Shown: piece by piece, positions 1 through 13,500 of the stretch
Position numbering within the stretch: position 1 is the first letter of the stretch
How the letters are laid out: every line of letters begins with the position of its first letter
DNA from: Basidiobolus meristosporus CBS 931.73
Lineage: Eukaryota > Fungi > Basidiobolomycota
Length of the DNA stretch: 64,000 bases
Direction: 5' to 3'
NCBI GenBank assembly: GCA_002104905.1
Contig: MCFE01000348.1
Span: 25,434 to 89,433, forward strand
Notes under the pieces: model-generated
What the model was told of the DNA's origin: nothing
Database searches by the model: none
Seen by the model: the letters and a program-made list of their open reading frames with translations, nothing else
Position numbers and translations under genes: made by a program

Positions 1-127
1 TATGGGATAGTACTGATTAGGTAAGACAAATGGAATAAAACTAAAATAAGTGTAGTAGAGAAATAGGGAAGTAGAAAATATGGGAATGAGAAAATCTGTC
101 AGTGGGTGTTACTGTGACCCCACTACA
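1..127 (-). mobile_element. Terminal part of an LTR (same family as 22870-~23550), cut by the window edge
   Basis: 1-127 is the reverse complement of 22870-22995, which starts TGTAGTGGGGTCACAG; homology stops exactly at the TG terminus. Confidence 0.7.
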
Positions 128-130
128 CTG

Positions 131-250
131 TGGGTGGATCCAATCCAGATCAGCTGTCAGGATCCCATTAAGAGACCATTATTATACCAGCAGCTTGGAA
201 TTATTGATCCTCCTAACAATTGTATGATGGGATTATGATGGTGTTTTGCT
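131..250. repeat. Dispersed repeat fragment of unknown class
   Basis: ccaatccagatcagc...ccagcagcttggaattattga recurs at ~57270-57370. Confidence 0.5.
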
Positions 251-495
251 AACTTTACAACAAAATAAATGGATAAAACTTGACAATATTTTATTGGTGA
301 TGTGGCAATATTTGCATGGTATTATTGAGGTCTTTCAGCGCTCTATAACTATTTTAAGTGGATCCAATTGGCCAGGACATCCAATAGCCTTATATGACAA
401 AAAGCTTGACGGTATTTTGATGGCCTCACTGCAAAATTCTGATGGCATTATATAGGCAATATGACAGTCTACTGCCAGTTCTGCATAATGCCACA

Positions 496-2600
496 CTACC
501 AGTTCTCCAAATGGTATTTCCTTTTTCTACCTCCCCTTTTGCAATTCATATATTCCACTGTAGAATTACCCGTCTTTATTTGCTTAGCCACTACTACCTT
601 GGGTATTCCACATATGGTATGAATCAAAAGAACTATGGCCTCCTGCTTACTAACCTTTACAAACATGCACACCTGCTGCAATTGACATACATCTATCACC
701 TCAACTTTACGGCTCTTTAGTGAGATACTTGCAAAGTTGCAGTATACTTTGTACTGCTGGTAACATATACATCTTGCAAACTTATGCTTGGTTGTCCCCA
801 CTGCTGCCCTGAATACCACCTGAATATCTGCAAAGAATGTCTGGGTATTTGGCCAATAGACTTGTTCCATTGGATAGTGCCACATTGAGCCATGAGTGCC
901 CAATGATGCCATAGTGTGCCAGGGAGGCCAAGTGAGCCTATACTTGGCCACAGAGTGTGCAGCATAGCTCTGCATCTTCATGCAAAGCAGCCCCTGTGTT
1001 TCACCCATTGTGTTAGAGAAAATCCATATTTTGACTTTTTTTTGTGGAGCAATGTTGTGCAGGATGTGTAAGAGCACAAAAGGATGGAAGATATGCATCT
1101 GGTACTCAATACCCATGGTACTCTGACTCTAGCTCTTATGGCTTGTAACATACCACAGAAATGCATGGCACTATCTTGGTCCACTGGTACTGTCTGGCAC
1201 TATAAGTGCTTTGTATTGATCTTACTTTAGGGCTAACAATTAAATATAGTGCCAGATAGTACCAGTGGACCAAGATAGTGCCATGCATTTCTGTGACATG
1301 TTACAAGCCATAAGAGCTAGAGTCAGAGTACCATGGGTATTGAGTACCAGATGCATATCTTCCATCCTTTTGTGCTCTTACACATCCTGCACAACATTGC
1401 TCCACAAAAAAATGTCAAAATGTGGATTTTCTCCTGCATCATAGGTGAAACACAGGGGCTACTTTGCATGAAGATGCAGGGCTATGTTTCACACTCTGTG
1501 GCCAAATGTAGATTTACCTGGCCTCTCTGGCACACTATGGCATCATTGGGCACTCATGGCTCAATGTGGCACTCTCCAACAAAGCAAGTCTAATATAATC
1601 CTTCTCCCTGCTGGATTCTAGTCCCCCTTATAGGTGCACTCTGGCTTTTGTTTGTATGAATTCTGTGTCAAATTGTGTAGAAGTTGGGTTATGAACATGA
1701 GAAGTCTGGCATACCTTGGTAGAGTTTTCCTGATAAAAATCAGTTATTTGTTGCACCCAACCCAACTTTGCATTACTTAAATGATTACCTACACATTGGG
1801 GCTGCTTAGCTTCTTCATTCCATAGGCATAGGTGTCTCCACATGCACATTTGTCCTCAGTATTTTTGAACTGTTCCTGGCTATCCTATATGTGCTAACTC
1901 ATTACATCTATGATGGACTTGAAGGTAATAAACTTGATGAGATTGGGATATGGTAATACCTGCAACTTGACTTGTCTTCCTATCTCCCCACACATCTGCT
2001 CCATAGGAAATTCTCAGAAGGTGAACCAAGGCCCAATATTTTCCACACACCATATAAGATGGAGTAGAGAATGGATACAGTAGTGGCAGAGATCTAAGCA
2101 TTCAGCTTTATGTGAGTAATATAGCTGCTCAAATCCTGTCACAAATCCTCACACAATAGCTGTAGATGCATCAAGTTATCATTGGTGATCCACTTCTGGA
2201 TAAATATTCCTACAATGTCCATATATGACTCCCAATGCTTCCAATGTACTCTTGGTAGGAATGGCTTCAGAACACCACTTGAATAAATACATATTCAGCT
2301 CATCCAGTCTTTGCATTTGTATTGTTGCATATGCATATCAATATTAATTGGAGCCTGTGAGAAGTACTTAGGGTGGCAGATACTATGTAATATCTTGCCA
2401 GCTCTTTCAAATTTTTCTGGTACCTCAAAGGGCTCATTTAGCTTGAAATGCCATCTTAAGCATCTCTGGTTTCCAATCAATTCCATATTCCGGCTAGTGG
2501 CTTATAGTGTGCCAACTTTGCTGCAATTGCATGCTGACTTCTGTACATTCTCTCTGTGAAAACATAATGTTCTTGGTGCTGGTGTTTGGGTAATAATAGT
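496..2600 (-). pseudogene. 3' part of decayed En/Spm (CACTA)-like Tnp2 transposase, copy 1, split by a MITE
   Basis: Frame-broken translation FEQLYYSHKAECLDLCHYCIHSLLHL..NIGPW..EFPMEQMCGEIGRQVK..PYPNL resembles the region downstream of the Tnp2 core; many stops. Confidence 0.6.
858..1591. mobile_element. 734-bp palindromic MITE (Pangu/PHIS-like), copy 1
   Basis: Ends AGACTTGTTCC.. and ..GCAAGTCT; AAT on both sides (855-857, 1592-1594); arms 858-1204 and 1245-1591 are inverted repeats around a 40-bp spacer. Confidence 0.9.
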
Positions 2601-2734
2601 AAACTTGCTCTGTTGGATAGTTCCACATAGTGCCACCCTTTTTTTAGTGCTGGATCAATCTGACACTATCTGGCACTATAATTTCTACCATAATGCCAGT
2701 GGTAGGATAAAGTTACTGGTAATTTTACTCAATC

Positions 2735-3657
2735 TTACTTATGTTGCTCATAGTAGGGCTCTCCTTGCTTTATTTGCTCTTCATAATGCTCCAGACACAT
2801 TTCTCTTAGTGAATGTCTTCTTGCATGAATATACTGTGCATTGATAAGTATCTTAACTATTTTACCTATTCTGCTGTATTCTGCTATACATGACTCTCCT
2901 CTGTATTTACATGCCAATCTGCTGAATCTCTTCAGATGTCCATATGTATGCTCTACCCTCACTCTGAGATGATTAAATATCTCATTGTAGAGCTTCTGCT
3001 TCCTGCTAAGCACACCATTCCTTGGCTTCCTATAAGCTGTAATACATCCTAATCTCTGACAATCCTCTCCTATATAAGCTAAGTCTGCAATACATTTCTC
3101 CCCTCTACTGAATTCTAGATGATTCTCTACCCAGAGTACTTTTTTGTGCCTACTTCCACCAAATGGCCAATTAAACCAGATGATGTAACCCTCAATGTCA
3201 GACGGTGCTTGAAACTTCACACAGTATGCCTTCTACTTGCCAGAATATAAGTGCCTCTGCCCTCCAGAAGGTCTGTTAATCCTGACTGGGAAGGTATCCA
3301 AAATACTCCTTGTATGGAACCTGTTGCTGAACACTCTGGGATATGGAAGTCTATTGGAGCTTCTGAACCTAGTACTTCAAGCTTGCTCTAAGTCATTCAT
3401 ACCCTCTGCAAGGTGGTTCTCTATTGCTGTCAGCTGGGAATGAAAGCTTCTAGACTTTTGTTGCCATGGATGGTGGGATGAAACCTTGTGGGGCAATAGT
3501 TCTTGTAGTAGCAGAGAAGCTTAACAAGGGATCCCCTTGAGTAGATTGGGGTAGATGGACCACAGTACTTGGTGTAGATCTCCTCTATTGTGTCAAAAGG
3601 AAATGCAGTGGTAGTGATGGAATTGATGAGAAAAGACCATTCAGATGAGTAAGTCAT
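2735..3657 (-). pseudogene. DDE_Tnp_4 (IS5/ISL2/Harbinger-type) transposase with stops/frameshift
   Basis: ILDTFPVR..RP, YSGK..KFQ, IADLAY, RKPRNG.LS..QK.YN and RVEH.YG.LKRF motifs; D-D-E recognisable. Confidence 0.85.
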
Positions 3658-4268
3658 ATTAGAATGGGTGGATGATTGCGCTGAGGTGATTTAAATCAAT
3701 TTGCTGCAATCAGCTTTATTTATCTGATTTTCCATGCATTATGATTAAATCTCCATTAATTGCCATGTATCCCATCATTATGTCACAAATATTATCCTCA
3801 AACAATGACTTGGTACTTTTATTGATGTTTTACTCACAAGTCAATGATCAGATGGGAAATCTTTGATTGATGTGATCTGATCTGTGTCAATGCAATCCAA
3901 GATGTATCAAGCATAATATATGGAAAATTCTACAATCACATTAGTTTTCATATGTACTTCATATAAGACCAGGTTTATGCCAATACACCACTGTATAAGT
4001 ATCCAAATCCATCACCATGGTCCCTATGCCCAGTCTTAACTCATCTTTAGTTCAACCAAGACAAAACCCATCCCCCAGATCACAAGCGCAGTCTGGCCTG
4101 GAAAAGGCAACGTTAGATCCATTCAAGTTCTTGCCAAATGATATCAGTATGGCACTAGTGTCTATGATGAGCCTTCATACAGATATTTGGCACTACTCAT
4201 TAATCTAGCAGAACTAGATACCATGGAGAGTCAATAGAGATGGAAGAACCTGAGTAGAAAGCAGTGGC

Positions 4269-5260
4269 ATGAGTTCTACATCAAGATGCCAGTGGATGTA
4301 TGTAAGAAGTTATATAACAATACAAGTATTGAAATCAAGAATGAGCTGAGAGTGAGGGGACTTGATGAGGAAGCTGTGTGGGAACAATTTTGCACGCAAT
4401 TTGCCCAGTACAGGCCTGACACAACTATTTGTGCCTTGACTTTAGGAACCAAAGAGATTTTGAATGAGTTTTGCCTCAAATGACTAATGCATAACATGAT
4501 ATATTAGTAGAGCTAAGTGGCTACTGAGAGCAATATACACAAAACTCATCCAGGCAACAGCTCCAATGTATCAGACAGAGGGTAAGTGAATACCCTGAGG
4601 AATCAGAAGGTGTGCTTCAGGAGGAAGAATACAGACTGCAAGCAGCATTGTCTAGATTGTGCCAGCATGCCTTGCTGGATTCCTTACCATCCCTTGCAAC
4701 TTCAGCACACTGGCGCATGTCAGTCCAAACTATGCCAACACCCTTCACAAGAGTGCCCCACATTGCCTCAACACATATTAGGTCAATGCGTGTGCTTCAG
4801 TGCAAAACCACCAGAACCTTCCAAACTGCTCAAAAAAACACAAGTCCGTTGGAGTGGGCCAAGTTGTGTGAACAGGCCGCTTCACATTGAACTCAGCTAA
4901 GGGCCATGCCAGCACATCAAGTTGCATCTGCGCGTGCCATTACACCTGACCATCAGCAAGTTTCTTCTGGTGAACTGACTGATGATGACCCACATGAAGT
5001 CCCTTCACCACCATAGCCTTTGGCAAATAAAAGAATGTGTCAGCATGTAGCACTGCAGGCCAGCTAGTTGCATCATCTGGAGCAATTCAGCATGGCCAAG
5101 CTGCAGCATTGCACTCAACAACTAAGGGGCAAAATACTGACTACAAATACACAAGTAGCAAAGGGGATAGTCAGCAAGAAACTAGTTTAGGTGTGTAAAG
5201 TGAATCACTACCAAATGCTTTGTAGTAATCCCCGTGATAAAAAAGCCTAGGAGAAGATGA
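4269..5260 (+). pseudogene. Second (accessory) ORF of the Pangu-like element, divergent from the transposase
   Basis: Homologous to 7100-8095(-); pieces IEIKNELRVRGL.., LCQHALLDSLPS.ATSAH; basic C-terminal KKPRRR. Confidence 0.55.
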
Positions 5261-6029
5261 TGCAATCTCATTGAATTGCTATTATTTGCAATGATCCAGT
5301 CAATGCAGTTTTTTTGCAATTCACATTGAGCCGTTGCAAATCAGTGATCACTAGATTTTTAATATAAGCAATGTCAAGGTTGTCTCACATTTGAGACAGG
5401 ACCCCTATAAATAAACACCCTGCATATGTATACATCATCTGTGGCACCAGTGCTGCCATTCAATCTGGTTTGCACCAATAGAGTTGGTTGTATGCTTGCT
5501 ATGATGCCTTGTCCAATCACTAGGATCAGGGATATACTTGCTTAATGGGCAAAATGTAATATTTGATGGCAAATCAGGTAGCTTGTGTACAGGTCAAAGA
5601 GTCAATTGGGGGCTGACAGCTTCAGGATAATTTTAGATCAATTAGCCACTGAGACACCATCAAATTGGAGTGACGGTAATCAAGATGGTAAGTATAAGTG
5701 TAGTTTACAGTGTGATAACAATTTATTTCCATTTACATTTAAGAAACATATCCAAATACTGGATTTTACCTACCATAATAGCAGTATCCAATTGCGCACA
5801 TGGTGCAAACATTATGAGTGGGTGCAATCATTTGTGCCAACCTCATTGTGTCAGATTGTGCCATAGTGCGCAAGATTGTACCACATGGTGCAAAATTGTC
5901 CAAAAGCAATCCTGCCTACTGGTAGCTACCATATTGCACTTGATTATTCTTAGAGACCACTGATTGTGCTGCACACCCTGGCATGGTACAATGGAACAGG
6001 TTTACTGTCCTGATTCCAAGTACTTGTTC

Positions 6030-6357
6030 AATGAGAATCCATTAAGTGCTAAAGCAAAGCCATGGTCATACATGCCTTCAAAGTAGCCCTTGCTTCTTAG
6101 CTGTTTGTAATGTTTGCCATTAAATAGATTAGATATGTTTGCACTTGATTGATACTGAGTGCGGTACTGCATAGCTTTACAATATTTGTTGGACTGCATC
6201 AGCTTCCTCAGACAGGGTATGACCAGAATATATCCGGAGTGCAAATAATGTTTTCCTTCTATGGTAGTGGATTCCTGACAATTTGGGCATGCTGCAATGG
6301 TAGTATTTTTGGATGTGAATGCCATGCAACTGTTAAAACATGCTGGAATCAGACAGT
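6030..6357 (-). pseudogene. Middle fragment of Tnp2 copy 1, lying between the two Pangu-like elements
   Basis: C.NSCMAFT..ACPNCQE..ISNLFNGKHYKQL..GYF....ALALNGF resembles the Tnp2 N-terminal region (DGF read as NGF). Confidence 0.7.
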
Positions 6358-7099
6358 AGACTTGTTCCATTGTACCATGCCAGGGTGTGCAGTGCAATCA
6401 GTGGTCTCTAAGAGCAATTAGGTGCAATATGGCAGCTACCAGTCGGCAGGATGGCTCTTGGACAATTTTGCGCCATGCAGGATAATCTTGCACATTATGG
6501 CACAATCTGACATAATGAGGTTGGTGCAAATGATTGTGCCAACTTGTAATGGTTGCATCATGTGCACAATTGGATACTGCTATTATGGCAGGTAAGATCT
6601 AGTATATGGATATCTTTCTTTAAAATAAATGGAAATAAATGCGTATCACACTATAAACTACACAGCTACTTACCATTTTGGTTACCATCACCCCAATTTG
6701 ACAGTATATCAATAGCTGTTTGGTCTAAAAGTATGCTGAAGCTCTTAGCCCCCAATTGACTCATTGACCAATACACAAGCAACCTGATTTGCCGTCACAT
6801 ATCCCATCTGCCCATTAAGCAAGTAAATCCCTAATCCTAGTGCTTGGACAAGGTGTCACAGCTAGCATGCAACCAATTGTATAGGTAAAAATCTGATCAA
6901 ATGGCTGCACTGGTGCCACAGATGATGTATAAATATGCAGGGTGTTTATTTATAGGGGTTGTGTGTCAGATGTGAGATGTTCTTAATATTGCTTATATCA
7001 AAAATTTAGTGATCACTGACTTGCAATGGCTCAATGCAAATTGCAAAAAAAATGTGTTGTTTGGATCTTGACAAATAATAACAATTCAAAGCAATTGTG

Positions 7100-8095
7100 T
7101 CATCTTCTCCTAGGTTTTTTTCTCACCAGGATTACTACTGAAGCATTTGGTAGTGATTCACTTTGCATACCTAAACTACTTTCTTGTTGACTATCCTCTT
7201 GGCTACTTGTGTATTTGTAGTTGGTATTTTGCCTCCTAGTTGATGACTGCAATGCTGCAACATGGCCATGCTGAGTTACTCCCAATGATGCAACTGAGCT
7301 GGCCTGCAGTGCTACATACTGACACATTCTTTTACTTGCCAAAGGCTTTGGTGGTGGAGGCACTTCATATGAGTCATCATTGGTCTGTTCACCAAAAGAA
7401 ACATGCTGCTGGTCAGGTATAGTAGCAGGCGCAGATGCAACTTGAGGTGCTTGCATAGACCCTTGCTGAGTTTGATGTGATGCCACTTGTTGACACAACT
7501 TGACCTGCTCCAATGACTTGTGTCTAAATGAGCAGCTTGGCAAGTTCTGGTGGTTTTGCTCTGAAGCGCACATACTGACCCAACATGTGTTGACTCAATA
7601 TGGGGCACTCTTGCGAAGGGTGTTGGCGTAGTTTGGACTGACATGCGCTGGTGTGCTGAAGTTGCAATGGATGGTAAGGAATCCAGCAAGGCATGCTGGC
7701 ACAATCTAGATGCTGTTGCTTGTGGTCTGTATTCTTCCTCTTGAAGCTCTCCTTCTGATTCCTCATGGTATTCACTTACCCTCTGTCTGATACTTTAGGA
7801 CTGTTGCCTGGATGAGTCCTGTGTATATTGCTCTTGGAGGTTACTTAGTTCTACTAATATATCACATAATACATTGGTCACTTGAGGCAAAAACGTATTC
7901 AAAATCTCTTTGGTTCCCAAAGTCAAGGCACAAACAGACCTGTCCAGCCCATACTGAGCAAACTGTGCACAAAATCATTCCTGCGTGGCTTCCTCCTCAA
8001 ATCCCCTCACTCTCAGTTCATTCTTGATTTCAATACTTGTAATGTTATATATCTTCTTACATATATCCACTGGCATCTTGATGTAGAACTCATGC
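7100..8095 (-). pseudogene. Accessory ORF of the right Pangu-like copy
   Basis: ORFs 7312-7704 and 7100-7573 plus upstream frame; homologous to 4269-5260. Confidence 0.55.
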
Positions 8096-8794
8096 CACTG
8101 ATTTTTACTCAGGTTCTTCCATCTCTGTTAACTCTCCAAGGTATCTAGTTCTGCTAGATTAATGAGTAGTGCACAAATATCTGTATGAAGGCTCATCATA
8201 GACACTTGGGCAATACTGGAATCATCTGCCAAGAACTCAAATGGTTCCAACATCAACTTTTCTGGTCTGGACTGCACTTGTGAGTGGGGGATGGGTTTTG
8301 TCTGGGTGGTACTAAATATGAGTTGAGACTTGGTATGGGGACTATAGTGATGGATTTGGATACTTATACAGTAGTGTATTGGCATCAACCTGGTCTTATA
8401 TGAAGTCTATATGAAAACTAATATGACTGTTTAGTTTTCCATATATTATGCATGATGCATCATGGATTGCATTGATATGGATTGGATCCCATCAATTGCA
8501 GATTTCCTATTTGATTATAGACTTGTGAGTAAAACATCAATAAAAGTACCAGGTCATTGTTTGAGGATGATATTTGCAACATAATGATGGGATACATGGC
8601 AATTGATGGGGATTTAATCATAATGCATGGAAAATCAGATAAACAAGGCTGATTGCGCCAATTTGATTCAAATCACCTCAGCCTAATCATATACCAAATT
8701 TAATATGACTTACTCATCTGAATGTTCTTTTCTCATCAGTCCCACCACTACCACTGGACTTCCTTTTGACATACTAGAGGAGATCTATACCAGG

Positions 8795-9168
8795 TGTGGG
8801 TTATTACTGACTGTACTTGGTGAGTGGGAGAGCTTGTAGGTCAAGTCAGTACCACTTGGTTCAGAATAGCTTCCAATAGGAGGTAGTAAGGTAATAAAGA
8901 CTTGTGTTTATTTCATCCCAAATCTCCTTGTTCTCTTGCTTGGTTCAATTGGGTAGATATATATCACTTGGGGGCTTAGATAATAGACAATGTGTTATAA
9001 AATAGGGGTGTGAACACCTTCCTATTATGGTAAGTGTTCTAACTAAATAAGGGCAGGGATAGGAGGGAGGGCACATGGGGGAATCATAGGGAGGATACTG
9101 GGGGACTTTGGGTAGGACTCTAGGGAGAACTCTTGGGCAAAGAGTGGGTACTGCATTTAGTACTCACA
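8795..9168 (-). repeat. Gypsy 3' LTR
   Basis: About 13 differences from 15054-15427 by manual count, 12 of them transitions. Confidence 0.95.
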
Positions 9169-9213
9169 TATCCCAGAGGTTAAGAGGGAGCTTTGTCCTT
9201 GAAGTTCTTTTGA

Positions 9214-10407
9214 CTAACTCGCTTCTCCAGGGTCAATTTTGTTCATGGAGCATGGGGAGTCACCATAGTACCATTGCTGGTTGTCACTTGCAAGGGGGTT
9301 GCAGGCAAATGCCTGATACCATTTGGCGGCAGAGTGGGGTGTGGCTTGCGTTGCTTGAGGGATATTTTCCACAGAGCCAAATAGTTGGCAAACCATAGGG
9401 TTCTGGGTAAGTTCCTTGGGAGGGTTGGAGAACAAGAAATGGTGCAATAGCGCAATAAAGTCTTGCTTCTTTATCTTGCAAGCATTGTTGGGGCTTGTCC
9501 TTTTTGTGTTCAATATGATGGCAGGGGACCTTTTGAAGCAGGCGTAGACTTGGTTGGCAGTCACCCGTTGTTGGTAACAAGTTTTTACTTCTTTCAAGAC
9601 GTATTGTAGTTCTTCTGTAGAAACCGTGGCGCAATTGAGGCGCTTTTGTACTTGCCTCATGGTTTCTACAGAGTCTGCAGCGGTTTCTTTGGCTTCTTGG
9701 AGTTGGACTTTGTACTGATTCCTGAGTTGTCCTATGGTAAACCACTGTTATAGTTGTAACACAGCAACTTGGTGGATTGCATGGATTAACTGGCCAGTGT
9801 ATTTAATCCGTTTGCGTATCTTTTCTAAGATGGTTCCTTCTTGGAAATGCGGTTCAAGATGTTCGCAAATTTCTTGGAGGAGTCCTTCAGTTGGGAGTTC
9901 TATTTCTGGTGCTCTTGCTGCTTGTACCAGGTTTGCATATACATCAACAATTGTGGTACCTATCAATGACAAGTATTCAACAAAACATGGGGGCTCTCAA
10001 GGTCTTGTGAGGGCACAACAGTTGATTCCTTGTGTCTTCTGTCTGACTGTGTCCAGTATGGATACGGGAATCAGTGCGGCATCCTTCTCCTTAATGATCA
10101 AGGAACCTCCTCTTAGGTGGTATACGGTCTTCTTGGGTAGTATCTCCATGCTTTGTATTGGTGTGGGTAACTTGTCTTGTCCCTCTTGGATTCTGTCTTG
10201 TATCAACGTGACTGCTCCGGCAAACAACTCTTCATAGGTGGCTCTTGTCGCACGTAACACTCGTACCATATCTCTCAACACTTGCAGGTTGGTTTTGTTG
10301 TCAATATCATCTTGGCTCTTGCTGGTGGGAGGGGTATCGCCAGTTTTGGGTGAACTGCTTCCTTTGGCGCTTTCCATATGCATTCTTTTGTTCTCCCCTT
10401 TGGGCAA
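9214..10407 (-). pseudogene. Extra sense-strand ORF3 of the gypsy element (~397 codons, two in-frame stops), unknown function
   Basis: ORFs 9997-10407, 9748-9972 and 9214-9660 share one frame and are separated only by single TGA and TAA codons. Confidence 0.7.
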
Positions 10408-10529
10408 AATTCCTCACACATATCATTTGTGCCTATATCAATTAAAATCTCCTCTAATAAGCTTTGTATGTATCTTGTGTCTTCCTCTATCCTTGTCCTG
10501 ATAATTGTTCAATCACACTTTGGTTTCAG

Positions 10530-13500
10530 TGATGATTGGTGGATCATTATGAAACGGTTTCAGATGGGCTGGCGCTACGTTGCTGATTGTCTTGTTGTTC
10601 AGGGTAATGGTGTACTTTGGCCCGTGGTCCAAGCTAGTGACAGTGCAAGGGCCAATCCATCAGGGTGTAAATTGTGGGCAAAACTTGAGGCCTGCAATGG
10701 TCTGATTGTACCTCACTTTATTGCCTGGTTTCCACTTTGTCCCGTTAGTTTCTCATTTTTGGGTGGAGGGGGAAGGTGCTTGTCAACATTTTCAAATACT
10801 TTTATGTATAGGTGGGCAATACGGTGTATCAACCTTTCTACATAGTTGTTATGTGTTGTCAAGGGGACACCTTCCATTGTCAATCCAGCTTCTTCACGCC
10901 ACTTAGGCCTTCATCTGTACAGAACTTTGTATGGGGAGAAACCTGTTGTTTTATTTGGTATTGTACGCATTGCTAGGAGTGTCAGCGGGAGTAGCTTGGC
11001 CCATGATTGGGGTAGTTCCCAGTGGAGCTTCTCTAGTATGCAGCAACACGTCTGGTTCATCCTCTTGGTTAATCCGTTGGTTGGGGGGTGATACGCAGCC
11101 GTGAAGACCTGTTTCACGCCCATCATTTTGCACAAGTGGGCCACGGTGTTGTTCAGGAAGGAGCCACCATTGTTGGACAGGAGTATCTGAGGATATCCGT
11201 GCCGGCAGATGAAGTGTTCTAGAATGAATTGGGCGGTTGTCTTCTGGTCTTTATTTTGGATGGCTTGGGCTTCTACCCACTTTGAGAAATAATTGGTAGC
11301 AATTATTATGTATTGTTCTCCTTTCTTTGTTTTCATCAAGGGCCAAACAAAGTCAATCCCTACCCAATAGAAGGGTAGGTCAAGCGGTATTGGTGCGGTT
11401 GTCCCTATCTTTTAAATCTTTTGCAGGTGGAGCATCTTTGTAGTGTATTCACAACGTTGGTCATCATTTTTTTCCAATAAAACGTCTTTCTTATCATCTT
11501 GTATGTTGTTAGAGGGTTAGAGTGTCCTAATGACATATGTCTTTCTTGTATGATTTCTTTGCGGGCAGTTATTGGGGGTACCTCAGCTCTGAACTGTCCT
11601 TGGAGGAACCATAATCAGTTTTCTTGTACTTTGTACTGACACCATTTCTTTCAAAAGTCCCTCTTCTGCTTGTTTGTAACAACGTGTTTGGGATACTTCC
11701 CTCCTCTTTTAAAGCAGATTACATCTTTGTAGTCATTGCTGACGCATACTTGGCAAACGGGATAGCAACTGAGGAAGTCTGCATCTTGGTGTTTCTTGCC
11801 AGCGCAATGATTTATTTTGAAGTTGTATTCATGTAGTTGGAGGGCCCAACGTGCTAGTCAACTGGTAAAGTCTTTAGTTTTCATCAGCCAGACCAGTGCA
11901 CTGTGGTCTGTTACTATTGTGAATCGGCAACCATGTATGTATGTGTGGAATTGTTTAATTGAATAAGCAACAGCCAGACATTCTATCTTGGTAACGGGGT
12001 AGTGACATTTGTGTTTGTTTAACAAACAGCTCACGTAACTGATTGGGTGGAATTTGCTGGGTTGGTGGTATTGTCCCAGTACGGCGCCTATACTGGTGAG
12101 ACTTCCATCACAGTTAATAAAAAATCTTGCATCCCAATTGGGAAAACGTAACACTGGCGGTGACGTCAGGGAATGTTTCAGCTGATTGAATGCTCTCTTT
12201 TGAGGCTCCAACCATACAAAACACTGGCCTTTTTGCGTCAATTTGTATAGGGGGGCTGCTATTGTTGCAAAGTTTTTGACAAAGTGGCAATAGTAGCCGG
12301 CTAATTCTAGGAATCCCAACACTGCATTAATATCCTTTGGTGTGGGTGTATCTTGAACGGCTTTCAGGAGTGAAGTAGATGGGAATATTCCATCTGCCAG
12401 AATCTTGTGGCCCAGGAACAACAATTTTGTATTCAGGAAATGGCACTTCTTGGGATGTAGTTTGAGTTGGTTCTCAAGGAGGGCTGTCAGGATATGTTGC
12501 ACATTGTGTATATGTTCTTCTACATTGGAATATATTGTGATGCTGTCCAGATACACTAGAGCGCATTCCCATTGTAGATTTCCAAGCACCTTGTTGATCA
12601 TCCTTTGGAATGTAGCGGGGGCATTGCACAAGCCAAAGGGTAGTTGGTTCCATTTGTATAATCCAAACAATGTTACAAAAGTGGTTTTGGGTTGATCTTC
12701 CAGGGCTACTTCTACTTGCCAATACCTGGAGATTAAGTCAAGAGAGCTAAAATATTTAGCTCCTATTAATCTGTCCAACAGGTTGTCTATTTGCGGTAGT
12801 GGATACACGTCCTTCCGGGTGACGGCGTTCAATTTTTGGTAGTTGATGCAAAAGCGTTGCTTTCCATCTTTCTTTGGGACTATCACTACAGGGGAGGCCC
12901 ATGGAGACTGGCTCTCTGTAATGATATTGTCTTTCAATCAAGTTTCAATTGTCTCTTTGATATAGTCTGTGTCAATTTTCAAGTTCCTATAGGCTTTTTG
13001 CTTGATGGGGTATTTGTTGGTGAGGTGGATTTGGTGATATACCCCAGGTATATGACTAATTACTTGGTTCTTGGAGAATACTTGGGCAAGCGGGTGTATT
13101 CCTTCTAGGAACTTGTCTTGTAACGCAGGCGGTAGACCAGGGTCCACATCTAGTTTGGGGAGTTCTTCTTCTGGTTCCTTGTTTGTAGGTGGTCCTTGGT
13201 TGTTTCCGTCAACTTCCTCTAGGTTCAACAATGCTACTCCTCTAGGCAATGTCATCATGTGTTGCCCATTGTTGACCACTAAGCACTTCAGACTTTGCGT
13301 TTCAAATTTTGGTGGTACCCATACTTTAGGGATCAAGATTCCTTCCAGTTGCTTGGATGCCTTTGCTGCGGTTATCATTCTTCCGCTTGTCAAATAAGCT
13401 TTTGGTGTCTCTAATGAGATCACTGTCTCACTGGCGGGTGGTATTTTTATCACCTTTTGAGTGATGATTGGAGACTGTGACGGTTTCACTTCTTCAATCA

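Larger units (their letters stand above)
2601..6003 (-). mobile_element. ~3.4-kb PHIS-superfamily (Pangu-like) DNA transposon, left copy
   Basis: Termini AAACTTGCTCTGTTGG.. and ..CAATGGAACAGGTTT resemble the MITE termini; encodes a DDE_Tnp_4 transposase and a second ORF; inverted homologue of 6358-16409. Confidence 0.8.

Noticed and set aside
858-1593. ORFs 978-1184, 1333-1593 and the N-terminal half of 496-1116 (also 19340-19742 and 21648-21860) as a repeated small-protein family
   Set aside because: They are chance frames in the palindromic MITE arms, and their stops and lengths differ between copies
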